Below are positions 13,151 through 28,850 of a DNA stretch of 64,000 nucleotides, in pieces. The position numbers were made by a program, and so were the translations under genes. The stretch is from assembly GCF_009914755.1 (NCBI RefSeq), contig NC_060931.1. One strand, written 5' to 3'. The notes beneath the pieces were generated by a model, which was not told the origin of the DNA, did no database searches, and saw nothing but the letters and a program-made list of their open reading frames with translations. Every line of letters begins with the position of its first letter. Positions within the stretch are counted from its first letter, which is position 1. Source of the DNA: the human T2T-CHM13v2.0 reference genome, Homo sapiens.

Positions 13151-13876
13151 TTCTGAAATTATCCTATAGCCTGATATAAAGAAGCCAGATAGGTGAAAGA
13201 CATCCAGAAAGATCACTTTCCTTGTAATCTCTTTAGAGGTTTACAAACCAAAACAAAAAAACCACATGTTGGTTCTTCCTCTTTCTATATTGTCACTTCT
13301 TAGAATGGGATCAATAGCCCTCAAATATATCATTCTCTTCCCTCACCCATCAAACCATTTATTTGGGCTTTCTAAGCAGGGATCCAACTTTGAACAATCT
13401 TTTTACCTACTTGTAGTGTAACACACTCACCCCTTCCAAACTTTCAACTTTCAAAGTCCACACCTTCCAAGGTACCCTTCTTAACAACTTCCCCATTTAA
13501 GTTATATTCATTCCCAAGATACAGATTCTATGACTTCCCTACATAAAAACATGATCAGCTTGATTTTGAATAAAAACTACTCACAAATAGGATACATGTT
13601 TCTTCTTCCCATAGCACAGCAAGTTAGAGCCTATATTAATCGACAGAGATGATAACATATCAGGACACCAAGAACAATTCTGATCTGTTGAAGCTTTTCT
13701 AGTTCAACTCTGACACTAACGGTTGACTAGTCAACAGCTTGTGATTCTATCTTTAACTAGGTTGAAGAAAACGCAGCTAGTCAGATATTTAGAGTAAAAA
13801 ACTCTCAGACACTGAAGGGTACCTTACGTCATCAGAGGGAAGTCATGTGCTGTCTCGGAGTTTACTTCTTCATTAC

Positions 13877-14497
13877 TGTCAGAGGCATTCAAACTAGAGT
13901 GACTCCATCTTGAATAGTGACTGGGTAAAATAAGGCTGAGACCTAATGGGCTACATTCCCAGGTAGTTAAGGCATTCTTAGTCACAGGATAAGATAGGAG
14001 GTTGGCACAAGATACAGGTCACAAAGACCTTGCTGATAAAGTAAAGAAGCTGGCCAAATCCCAGCAAAACCAAGATGGTGACAAAAGTTACCTCTGGTCT
14101 TCACTGCTCATTATACGATAATTATATAATGCATTAGCATGCTAAAAGACACTCCCACCAGTGCCATTGACAGTTTACAAATGCCATGTCAATGTCAGAA
14201 AGTTACCCTATATGGTCTAAAAAGGGGAGGAACCCTCAGTTCTGGGAATTGCCCACCCCTTTGCCAGAAAACTCATGAATAATCCACCCCTTATTTAGCA
14301 TATAATCAAGAACTAATAATAATTATAAGCAGCCGAGCAGCCCATGCCTCTGGTCTGCCTGTGAATAAGACATTCTTTTATTTCTTCACTTTCTTAGTAA
14401 ACTTCCTTTCACTTTATGGATTAGCTTCAAATTCTTTCTTGTACAAGACCCAAGAACCCTCTCTTGGGATCTGGATTCAGACCCCTTTCAGGTAACA
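13877..14497 (+). mobile_element. MER41B-type ERV1 solo LTR with 4-bp TSD TTAC
   Basis: Starts TGTCAGAGGCATTCAAACTAGAGTGACTCCATCTTGAATAG and ends CTTTCAGGTAACA; 621 bp; retains the tandem-GAS region; TTAC on both sides. Confidence 0.88.
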
Positions 14498-14969
14498 TTA
14501 CACACAGCTAAAAGATTACCTGCAAATAGCATGTCTGTCCTTATGCTCTGTTGATTTTTTTGGTTCTACAGGGTAAAATCCAGCGTTGCATAAATAATGG
14601 GTGATGCCAAAAATCTTCACTGTTAGTCATTTGTTTAGATGTCAGTTTCAAAACCTGGTTGTCTAGACAGCTAAAACTGGCTGAGTGCAGGGAGTTTCCA
14701 ATTTCCACAAATGGGAATTGATGGAAAGAGTCAGCTAAGGAAACCAGCCTGAAAGCATGATATTTCTGGAACCTCAAAGATAAGCCATTAGCAAGCTGAA
14801 GAGTCACTGGCAACAGGTTATGCTTTAAACGGTTCATATATAGGAGCTTCTTAAATTTAGCTTCAATATAGACTCCACCTAATAACAAATGAATAGCACA
14901 GGGAGTAAAACCGAATCACAACAATGACAGCAATCCTTCCAGTAAAGAAGATACCAGGGAGATAATATA

Positions 14970-15085
14970 TGCTGCACAAACTGTACATTTGACAGCTCTA
15001 GGGGTTGCCATTTACATAGTATTCCACATAAATCATGCCTGCTAGAGATGTGCAGTGCACAACTTGTGCAACCATAAGCAGAAAA
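14970..15085 (-). mobile_element. MER91-like hAT-Tip100 MITE remnant
   Basis: TGTGCAGTGCACAACTTGTGCAACCATA is the reverse complement of the MER91-type terminus. Confidence 0.5.
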
Positions 15086-15184
15086 CCCCAAAAGATTCTG
15101 TCATTAATATATAACAAAAATGCACATGACAAAGAGCACAAATTTTATGTCTGAAGTTATAAGCATTATGAATTGTATTTATTT

Positions 15185-16495
<1,311 letters not shown>

Positions 16496-16886
16496 AGCGT
16501 TTTAAAACCCTCAAATCTCTCTTCTATACCACTCCTGCCCCCACTCTCATTCCTGTCATTTTCACCTCTCCTGGACTACTGCAATTGACTCCCAGCTAGA
16601 CTTCTCTTCAGTTGCAATATTCAACTCTGTTTTCTTGATGAATTATTATGAAATATTTCTATTGCACAAAATGTTATAAAGAGAAACAAAATCAGTCATA
16701 TCTAAATAGCTCTACCCTCTCGAGATTGGGCAGGTATACCACTCCTTATGGTTTCCCCAAAACTGAGACCAAACGCGAAAATTAAAATAAGTATCCAAAA
16801 GAATATATGTTTGTATTATGTTACACACTTATACCATAGCTTAACAAAAATACAGCTTTATCATGGTGCTGGAAATAGAGTTTATT

Positions 16887-17195
<309 letters not shown>

Positions 17196-18029
17196 AGAAA
17201 TAGAGTTTATTCCTATACCCAGCCTATTTTATTCATTTGTGGTCCATTTCTGTGTTTCCTGACCTAGCCCCTAAGCCTACTGCTTCTGGCAGGTGCTAAA
17301 CTAGTCCTAGTTGAATTGAATTTTTTAGCTGTTTCAACTCAGTAGCTCTTTTGACCTGTTGCCTTTGTCATGTGAACATGGAGAAAAAGTGGATGAAAGA
17401 GTTCACGTGCTAGACTTGGCACAACAATACTAATGCCTGGAAAAGAGCAACAACATCCCAGAGATAGCATCTATTAAACAATTAATTGGCCATTTAAGAA
17501 ACATGAGTCAGAAAATAGAAGAAAGAGAATTTCCCAATGGGCTACTAAAAAAAATGCACTGGAGTTAAAAATTGAAAGAAAAATAAAACAAAAGTATTTT
17601 ATCCCAATGTTATTGCAGGTGCTCCTGGATTAACTAGACAATCGTGAGGCAAGTGATTTTAAAACAAACAAAAAAATTGTAAAATAGGCACTGGTATAAT
17701 TTAGCAGATAATCAGAGCTGCAGCAGAAAACTACCTTTATTTGGAAATAATTAGTATGCCATAGCTACTCAGAGGAGCCACATTTATTGCTAATAGCTGA
17801 TGCTCAGGTGGTGCTGATAGTTCTATCACCAAAACTAATTAAGGGTCTTAAAAAGGAGGAGGGAAACCACAAGGGGAGACAGAGATGGCTGAACAGATGG
17901 GGTGGCTCAGAGGCTCCATCAAACAGGATGCCTTCATTGCAAAGTGAATAATTAGCCTGGAAATTCAAACACACACACAAGGCCTGCAGGCCCCAGCACT
18001 AGTGCTGAGAAAATTAGGGGTCAAGCAGA

Positions 18030-18240
18030 AGAGCTAACAGTTATTGAGCACTTACTCTATGCCAGGCACATTACCTGATAGAAGCCTCACAACCACCTCT
18101 GTTTGCAGAAGAAGGAATTAAAGCTTAAGGAAGCTTTGTAGTCTGCCAAGCTCACACAGCTTGTAAAGTCATGCAGGTAAGCTCTACACCCAGTCATTCT
18201 GACTCCACAGCCCATGACCTTACTCACAACATACTGTCTC
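18030..18240 (-). mobile_element. MIR
   Basis: TTATTGAGCACTTACTCTATGCCAGGCAC...GTCTGCCAAGCTCACACAGCTTGTAA...TCTGACTCCA. Confidence 0.7.
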
Positions 18241-18267
18241 ATGCATCCAAAATCAAGCTGTGGTGAC

Positions 18268-18687
18268 TGCTCTGGTTTAACGTCTTCTCCAAAAGACATG
18301 TTAAAATGTAATGGCCATCGTGACAGTATTAAGAAGCGGGACCTTTACAAGGCGATTAGGTCATGAGGGCTCTGTCCTCATAAATGGATTAATGCCATTA
18401 TCATGGGAGTGGGCTAGTTACGTTGGATGTGGGCAACTGATTAAAGGATGAAGTTTGGCCCACATTTCCTCCCTCCTGTCTCTGCCCCTCACTCCCTCTT
18501 GTGCGCACACTCTTTCTCACCACGTGATGCCTTCTGCCATGTGCGACACAGCAAGAAGGCCCTCACCAGATGCAGCCCCTTGATCTTGGAATTCCCAGCC
18601 TTCAGAACTGTGGGCCAAATAAATTTTTCTTTATATATTACCCAGTCTGTGGTATTCTGCTATAGCAGCAGAAGACAGACTAAGACA
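18268..18687 (+). mobile_element. MSTB-like MaLR solo LTR
   Basis: TGCTCTGGTTTAACGTC...GCAAGAAGGCCCTCACCAGATGCAGCCCC...CAGACTAAGACA. Confidence 0.85.
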
Positions 18688-19516
18688 AAGATCCTTGCAC
18701 CATTTCTGATGACCAGTTTCACAGGTACAGGTCTTGACTTACATTCAGAAATTTTCTAATTGTAGTGCTCTCTCTCCACTCCAGTTTGGAATTTACTTGT
18801 TTTCAGAACTCTGATTTCTGAGCTGAAATGATGTGAAAACGAAACTTGAAAAATAAATAATTGGATTAATGCATCAGTATGTTATTCCCTGATCTTAGCA
18901 ACTTACCTACAGCTATCAGAAATATAATATGATGATAGAAAGACATATTGTGTCTAATTTAATCCATCGAGGCCAAACCCTGGAAGAAAATTTTTGGAGC
19001 CAGCACTTCTTTTTCTCCAGTCATTCATCCACACAACATGAAGAGCTGCCTGCTTTGTCTATGTGTAGGCTTGTTGGTAATTTTACTTCAGGTTTCAAGA
19101 AACAGAGACCCATTCAAGCTGTCTTAAGTAATGGGGGTTTGTTGCAAGGGTGAATGTGGAAAAATACAGGATTCTCAACTACTGGATCACACTACAGAGA
19201 AAAAGAGGAACCACAACAAAGCCAGGCCTCCCAGACACTGTGATTAGTTCAGAAACTGGCAAATCGGTGACTGAGTTACCCATCAGCCTCTCAGCAACAT
19301 GACCTGTTGATTCCTCTTTCAGAAGCTGGCTACTACTGCATTTATTTTCACTGTCATTCTTTACCATATTGTATCTGCTCATTCAAATATTCTGCTCACT
19401 TGTGCTAATTGTAGAAACATATGGAAAATATAGAAGGTGAAACCACCATTCAGGTGGTTCTTCAGTATTTTTTTCTACACATACACAATATTTTTAAAAA
19501 TAAAAAGATCTACTCA

Positions 19517-19866
<350 letters not shown>

Positions 19867-20949
19867 GAACAAGAATAAAGAAAGAAAAGAAAAAAAACGA
19901 ACTTCAACATTGTATCAGATCATAAACAAAAATTAACTTAAAATGTGTCATAAACCTAAACCTAAAAGCAACAGATATAAAATTTTTATTTAAAAAAACA
20001 TAGAAAAGTATGATGACATTGGGGTAGGCAAAGATTTCTTAGATCACAAGAAACGTAAGCCATATTCATTGACTGTGACAAATGTATCATACTAATGTTA
20101 ATAATAGGAAAAGGTGGGTGTGGAGTATATGAGAATCTTCTGTGCTATTTTTGCAAGTTTTCTATAAATCTAAAACTAAACTAAAAACTTTATATCAAAA
20201 AAGCATCAACCATTAAATTAAAAAATGAATAAATTGATAAATTAAAAGAATTTGCTCTTTGAAAGACACTATTATAAAAATGAAAAGACATATTATAACC
20301 TGGGAAGAAATATTTGCTGATCACATATCTGACAAAGGAACTGTATGCAACATATATAAAGAACCCTCAAAAATCAGTATTAAGAAAATAACCCCAATTT
20401 TTAAAAATTTGAATAGAAGTTTCACTAGAAAAGATATATGGATAGCTTATAAGCATATGACAAGATGACTGATGTTAGTCATTAGGGAGAGGAGATACCA
20501 TTACATAACTATAAGCATGGCTCAACTTGAACAGTACTGTGAGCTGAGAGAACACAAAGCAACTGGAAGGCTCACGTGTTGCTGGTAGGATTGCAAAGTG
20601 GTACAGACCCTTTCAAAAAGAGTTTGGCTGTTTCTTAAGCATACACTTACCATGCAACCAAATAATTCCTGTCTTAAGATGTTCACTGAAGAGAATTGAA
20701 ACATATGGCCTATACACAAATATTCATAATCATCAGAAACTGGAAACAATCCAAATGGCTGGAGCTGGTAAATGAATAGATTGTGATATATCCATACAAT
20801 GTAATGCTTTTCAGCAAGAAAAGGAATGAGGTATTGATACACACAACAAAAAAAACTTCAAAAGTGAAAAAGTGACATGTAAAAGGCATATATAGCATAT
20901 TATTTTATTTATCTGATATTCTGGAAAATGAAAAACTATAGTTTTCTAG

Positions 20950-21303
20950 TGCTATGGTCTAAATGTTTGTGACTCTCCCAAATGCATATGTTGAAACCTA
21001 ATCTCCAATGTGATATTAGGTGAGGCTTTTGGGAGATGATTAACTCATGAGGGCTCCATCCTCATGAATGGAATTTGTGCCCTTATATAAGAAACCCCAG
21101 AGAACTGGTTAGTCCCTTTTACCACGTAAGGACACAGAGAGACGGCACTGTCATGAGGAAAGGAGCCCTCCCCAGACACCAAATCTGCCAGTGCCTTGAT
21201 CTTGGACTTCCCAACCTCCAGAACTGTGAGAAATAAATTTCTATTACTTATGAGTTACTTAGTCTAGGGAATTTTGTTACAGCAGCCCAAACGAACTAAG
21301 ACA
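20950..21303 (+). mobile_element. MST/MLT1A-type MaLR solo LTR
   Basis: TGCTATGGTCTAAATGTTTGTG...GCCTTGATCTTGGACTTCCC...CAGCCCAAACGAACTAAGACA. Confidence 0.85.
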
Positions 21304-23174
21304 ACCAGAGACTGGGAGTAAAGGGAAGATATTGACTACAGAGGTACATGAGGAAACTTTCTGGGGTGGTGGAAAGAGTCTATATCTTGATCATGGTTGT
21401 GGTTACACCACTGTATACATTTGTCAAAACTAATCGAAGTGTATACCTGAAAAGCAAGAATCTTACCATATGTAAATTGTACCTCAATAAACTTGAGTTT
21501 AAAAAATAAAACTGAGATATCTTCTATATTATTTTATATACTGTCTCTCTTTCTCACTTAACATCAGAGCACTAAATACACCATGAAAACATGACTTTAA
21601 TGACTACATCAAATTTTACTGTGTGAGTATATGGTAACTCATTTAATTATTGTCCTGTTGTTGAACATTGTTTAGTTCCAATTTTTTAAACGTATATTCT
21701 CACATGAGCATCTTTGTATAGCAATTCAGTCTTTCACTACTGCACTGGAACAAATTCCAGACATGAGCCAAGGGTATGAGTGCTAGTGTAAGGTTTTGAA
21801 AATTTACTGCCAATTTTCTTCCCAGACAAGCTTACACACCTATCATTGGAAGAGCGGGTCTTTAATAAAAATCTTAAATATATCTTTTTTAAAGAACATG
21901 AAGCAATAACACAAATAGAGGTTTATTCAAATTACTCTGGGTTTGTAAGAAAACGAATAAATCTACAGAAAAGACAGTCTTCTGTGAAATTTCCAGAGGT
22001 CCTCTACAATCAGTTTTTTAATAACATTTTCCATTTAGAAGAGAGATTACTTTTTCCATTTATAATATATTGCTTTGCATAATGAAGAACAAATAGCAAA
22101 ATAATTCATCAAAATCCTATTTACACATGTATTTTCAAGAACAACCATTTATTTCAACTAAGATGTCTCCCTTCTTTTAACCCTTTTAACCATTAGTGCC
22201 CACAACAAGTAAGATTGTTAGAATTTTCATAGGAATCTTTCAGTGTTACAAATTCTGTATTTCACAATAAAATCCTAAGCTCACAATATTTTTTCATGTG
22301 CTGATGCCATATTCAAGACACAATTTATGCTAATAGATGACTCTTCCTTATAATAGAAAAAAACCAACCTTATTGAGTTTCTAACAATGTCCCTACTCAC
22401 ACGTTAGCTCTGCTGCAACTAAGATAAACACATTGCTTACCTAACATTTTAACTATAAAGTAACCAAAATAGAACAATAACTCTTGACAAAGTTGAATTC
22501 AGTTTCAAAATGTCTTCACGGTGAGTAAATAAAATTTCCGAACCTGGGTCATGTGATCCTGGAATTCTGATCATCATCTTTCATTGCTGACTTTAAAGAT
22601 AAATAATGTTTGTCTGAATAGCTCCATCTGAAGCCCTCTTTTCTGAATTATTTATACAGGCATGAATATTGATAGTACAGTTTCATGCAGAACTTTAACC
22701 ACATCATGAAACTTCAGAACACAAGGAACCCTGATTTGCCCAAATCCTCACAGCATGTTGGCAGTCATAAGACTGTGAACTCAGGTTCTAAGCCTTGGGA
22801 TCTTCAGGCTCGGCCCACTCCACCTCTCTCTCTGTTCTACCTTGGCTTGGGTAACACATTTGACTGTCCATGTCAGGTTTCTCCCGCCAGATTGCTCAGT
22901 CTGTTAAGTGAATTTGAATTACACCAGTGAAAGTTCTATTCCAAACCATCCTTAATATTCCACTACATCTTCCAGAGAGACCAAAGCCAACTTCTAAAAT
23001 CAAAGAAATGTATTTAGGATTTTTTAACAATGTACACTTCTAGCACATCAATTTCTACACCTAATTTTATTATCTGTTATTTTTAGGACTTTTTTTTAAA
23101 GGAAAATGCCACATTTTGAATAGACAATCAGAATAAATAAGAGATCCCTCCACTGTGATCTTTTTTTCTCTCTA

Positions 23175-23175
<1 letters not shown>

Positions 23176-23207
<32 letters not shown>
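23176..23207. repeat. (CA)n microsatellite
   Basis: Read directly. Confidence 0.95.
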
Positions 23208-23326
23208 GAGTTTCCCACAGACTGTTGGTGTACACACCACCAAGGAACCTACCCAACCAATGCCAAGGCCATAAATCTCCCCCAGTCAACTGTTGGGTTT
23301 TAGACAAAGCTAAGTCTTTCCTCTCA

Positions 23327-23907
<581 letters not shown>

Positions 23908-24890
23908 CTAGCATTTCTCTCTCCTTGTGTCTTCTCTCCTTCCAGGTCTCCAGGCCTCTTGTTCCCCTGCTGTCCCCAGTTCCAATTACCTGAGAAGCCT
24001 ATCTCATGTTTGACTCCCACAGCAAAGCACTCTAAAAACGAAAGTCTGAGAAAAGCTAACCTTCCCAGCCAAATGAATCAGCAGAAGAAACACAGGACAG
24101 AGGACCAGATGATGTGGATTCTCTTTCCAGCTATCCCACTCACTAGCTGAGCAACACTGGGCAAACCCGTTGGCTCTCTGGACCATAGCAGTGAAAGGAA
24201 TGAGGTGGGCTGGGTTGTTTCTGGAGATTGTACTGAGCCACACCTCTCATGGTCTAGAAAGGCTACACCTTAATTGGAATAAAGGGCCCTCCAGCATCAG
24301 GGAGTCAGTGAGTGATGGAGATACTTCAGGTGCAGTGGATGCAGCAGGTACTCCCTGGCAGCAGCTCCTCCTGCCATGCTCTTGAGAGCACACTATGGAG
24401 CCCTCAGCCGACTGTCAAGCTCCACACTCAGAGGCTCTGTAGCACAATCTGCATTTGTTCCCCAGGTTTGCATAGTTACCCCGAACTAATTTGTCTCTTG
24501 ACCAAATACTTCAGCAAAAAGCCATTGAATGTTTATCAAACCCTTAGGACATACAATTTTGATGAGTCCCTTCTGGTTTATTTTGCTTTGTTTTAAATAT
24601 CCAACTCGAGAGCAAACTAGATTTTCAACAACAAAAAAAGTTTGTTTCACCAAGATAATATACATATCCAGAAGTTCTTTCACTGTAGCCATCTGTATCC
24701 CCAGAGCATTAGATTCTACCCTATACATAATTAAAGAAGCAGGCATTCACCTGCCAGTGACAATGAAAAAGCAGCAGACCCACCTGGTGTAGTGGCTGTG
24801 GATACAGAACATAAGAAACAATCACCTACCAGCCTGCAAGTGCCATGGGGCAGGGATTTTATCCGTAGAACAGATCCTGCACATACAGGC

Positions 24891-25258
24891 TGTCTTAGTC
24901 TTCTCAGGAAGTTATAACAAAATACCATACATTGGGTGGCCTAAACAACAGACGTTTATTTCCCACAGTTCTGGAAGTCTGAGATCAGAGCACTGGCATG
25001 GTCAGGCTCTGGTGAGGGCTGTCTTCCTGGTTTGCAGATGGCCGCCTTCTCACTGTGTTCTTACACAGCAGAGAGTGAGACAGCAGGCAAACTCTCGTGG
25101 CTCTTCTTTAAGGGCACTTATCCTATGATGAGGGGCCTACCCTCATGACCTCATCCAAACCTAAGTACTTCCCAAAGGCCCTGTCTCCAAATGCCATCAC
25201 ATTGGTGGTTAGGGCTATAACATGTAAATTTGGGGGCTATAGAATCCATTCCATAACA
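24891..25258 (-). mobile_element. MLT1A-like MaLR solo LTR
   Basis: TGTCTTAGTC...TATAACAAAATACCAT...GCAGATGGCCGCCTTCTCACTGTG...TCCATAACA. Confidence 0.85.
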
Positions 25259-26369
25259 GAAGCCTTTAATAAAATTTTGTTGAGTTTCTCAATAAAACCA
25301 TAGGTGGATAAATGAACTGAGAACAAGAAAGAGAGCAAAGTGTGACTGATATAAATCTACCTGTTCTATGGAATTATAAGGAAAAATACATGCTTTTAGC
25401 CAAACCAGCCATCAGATAAACATTACAGGGCAAGTTCTATTAGCGGTGTTTTTTTCTCATGATTGCAAAGGGCAGTCGATCCATCCTACAGCTATGAAAT
25501 GCATGTAAATGGATACCATGTGCTGGGGGCAACAAGTTCTGGTACAAAGGAATGCAAGGGTCAATTTTCCACCTCTGTTAGAATGTTAACTTGCATTTAA
25601 AGACTCTAGGAGTCCCCCTCTTCCTGTGTCACCATCCCATTTACTCACACATGTCTTGTTTTTATTTGAGTATTTTTTTTTTGGCCCTATGTCCATTATC
25701 CTGGGTTTTTTGTTTGTTTGTTCATGCTGTAGTTTATCTAAGTAAAACCTGGGAATTAGAACTTTATGAAGGTGTTTAGGAGGGAAAAGAGAATCAGAAT
25801 GAACTCAGAACTTTGTCCACCTTGTCTCATAGTGGTCCACAGAGTAGATATCATAATAAATTGGAAGAAGTGTCTGTAATGGGAGCTGCAGAATTCCAAA
25901 ACAGAGAGGCTCCAGGATGGCAACTGTGGGGAAGGAGGGCTTAAAGCTCTGTATGACTCCCCATGTTTAGATTTGTGAAGTCTACTTTTTATAGACTTTA
26001 CAAGTAATTTGAGACAAATGTTATATTAAATAACCTTCTCTTTTACCTGCCTGTGGCAATTAGAAGAGGAGACATACAGAATGACTTTAGACCATACAGA
26101 TTGCCACGAGATCCTCCACCAAACTAAACAATCTAATCACAGGAGCAAAGGAATTTGTGCTTTTGTTCATTCATTCATTCTTAGACTTATTCATTTCCCA
26201 GACATTGAGTGAACATCTATGCTGTACACCATGAGAAATGCAAAGGTGAACAAAACAGGGTTCCTAAATTGATTTTCCCCATCTTGGGATTTCACAGTCC
26301 TAGAGGAGATTCCTCCAGGGGCTGATTAATTTATTTCACTTCCTCTAAAAGTGTTTATAAAGATTAGTA

Positions 26370-26600
26370 GAGAAAATGAGATGAGACAGATGTGGTTTTA
26401 AATCCCAGCTCTGCCACTTAGATGTGTGATATTTGGCACATTTCTTAACCACTCTAAGCTTCAGTTTATTCATCTACTAAATATGAATGATAATATCTAC
26501 CTCATAGGATTGTTGAGGTTTACTTTAAAAAAAAAAACAAGCATAAAGAGCCTGGGATAGTACCTGGTGCACAGTAGGAATTACATCAATGTTAGTTTGT
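26370..26600 (+). mobile_element. MIR
   Basis: AATCCCAGCTCTGCCACTTA...CTTCAGTTTATTCATCT...TACCTCATAGGATTGTTGAGG. Confidence 0.75.
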
Positions 26601-26854
26601 GTCTTCTGTCAGTCCATGTTTTCCTGATTATTTTGCTATCAGCTTGTGCTGAGTCTTGTACATCACTGCACTCCTCACAACACCCGGCATCCTTTCGCAC
26701 ATACCACTTTTAGTGAATCGGACCTCAATCTCCCACATAAGTTTGGCTGTAATAGACATTTTATGGACTGCAGCCTTTCTTCTTTGCTTCTAACACATGC
26801 CAATATAAAAATTTCAAGTAAGCAAACTGAGGCTTTATAAAGTTTTTTACATTA

Positions 26855-27125
26855 CTACTAATAAAAGCTAACATTTATTGACTTGAGGCAAACCATGTTC
26901 CAAGCACTATTCTAAAGTGTTTTACATGTGTTACCTCATTGAATTCTCACAAGAGCTCTATGAGGTAGGTGCTATATTGTGCCTGTTTTTACAGCTGAGT
27001 TTACTGAGGAACAGAGAGGTTAAGTAGCTTGCTAAAAGGTCTGCTGCCAGCAAGAAAGGGAGGAAGGAGTTTTAAACCAGGCAGCCTGTTCCCCGACGCC
27101 AGCCTCTTAACCACTGCACCACACT
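26855..27125 (-). mobile_element. MIR
   Basis: AGCTAACATTTATTGA...CTCATTGAATTCTCACAA...CAGAGAGGTTAAGTAGCTTGC. Confidence 0.75.
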
Positions 27126-28254
27126 ACCTCTTGCTGAGAGATCCTGAGATAGTGATGATAAGTGGTGTTGGGTTGCAGGTACAATAAGAGACATCAGAGT
27201 CTACAGCCAACTCATTTGGTCACAAAATACTAGGAATTCATCAAAAGTGTATTTGATAGGTTTCTGTAAAAAATCATAACTCCATTTACAGATTGCTTCT
27301 GTTACACATAAAACTGAAGCAACACAACTAGTTCTTCTGTAAGATTTGGGAGGCAGTGTTGCAGGTTTGTCTGAACTCCATAAACACAATTTATTCATTC
27401 AACACCACTGAGCACTATGCACAAGACCAGCAATGTTGTAATGATACAGAGACAAGAAAGACGAGTCCTGCCAATGAGAAATTCACTATCTAGGGAAGAT
27501 GACAGAAATACATAAGAAAGTATAATAATAACAACATAACTGCCCAGTGTGAAGTACTGTGGACATGCAACGGTAAAATAAATATCCTCCAAGACGCTTT
27601 ACTTAATAAGGAAAAGGAAGAACTTCCTTTTAGAGTTCTGGAGGCATCCTTCAAGTGGGCTCTCATGAGTACATTTTTCATTCATTTCACAACAATTGAG
27701 AGTTGAACCCTGCTGAGCCAGCACCTCCCAAGATAAAAGTCTCCTCTTCTCAGCTGACTTCAAGCAAACCTGAATATTCTGCACATCTTCAAACCCTCCC
27801 TCTCTGCCATCCAACTCCTAGACCTCTCAATGTCTAGCTTTCTAAAATAAACAACATATAAGGTTGAATCAGACAGTTCTTTCCAGAGACAGGGTCTCCA
27901 TTACACTATAGATCATTTCAATGGAATCCTGCCCAAGGACTAGAAGAGGAACACTATGAACCCAAGTCTCAAATGCTCGGTTTTATGACAGTTTAAGTTT
28001 GCTGGGCTTGGGTTAACATAGTTAATGTTATTCCCAATCTTAGAGCTGGTTTTGTATAAAGGATGGAGAAGAAAACAACTTAATACATAAAAGACTTTTT
28101 TCTAAAGCTCTGCTGTAAAATATAGGAAAACATAGGGGGAAAATGTCTTTTCATTTCATTTTAAGAGCAGAAGGAACAAAACTTCTTTAGCTTTGAAGAA
28201 GAAAGGAAGAATAATAAAAAGCAAACTTTTTGAAGGCCAGTTTTATAAAAGTCC

Positions 28255-28850
28255 ATGTATCCACTTTGGAAAACTGTTTGGCAGTATCTACCAAAGATGA
28301 TCATTTGCTGTGACCCAGTGTCTCAGCAAATTCATTCCTAGATATATACTCCAAAAAAAAATACATGCATATGTTCACCAAAAGACATGTTTTAGAATAT
28401 TCATCAAAGCTTTATTTATAATTGTTCCAAACTGGAATCTACCCAAATGCCCACCAAGACTGGAATAAATATATTGTGGAATATTCACACAGTGGAATTC
28501 TATACACCAATGAGAATAAATGATCTACAATAATAGTACACACAACAATATAAATGAATCTCACAAACATAATTTCAAGTGAAAGAAGCTAGACACATGA
28601 CCAATAATTCCATTTATGTAAAGTTCAAAAATAAGCAAAAAATATGCTGTAAGAAATCAAAATAATGGTTATCTTGGGCAAGAAGGTGAGTAGGTAATGG
28701 CTGATGGGGTGTTAGGGAGGACTTCAGGGGTACTCATAACTGTATTTTTTTAATCTGAGTGCTAGTTCCATGAGCCTATTGAATTTATGAAAATTCATCA
28801 AACTGTACGTTTATATGTACTTTTTATACATTTGTTTTTGCTTCAATAAT
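28255..28850 (+). mobile_element. L1ME-like 3' UTR fragment
   Basis: CCACTTTGGAAAACTGTTTGGCAGTATCTAC...GAATCTCACAAACATAAT...GAAAATTCATCAAACTGTAC. Confidence 0.75.
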
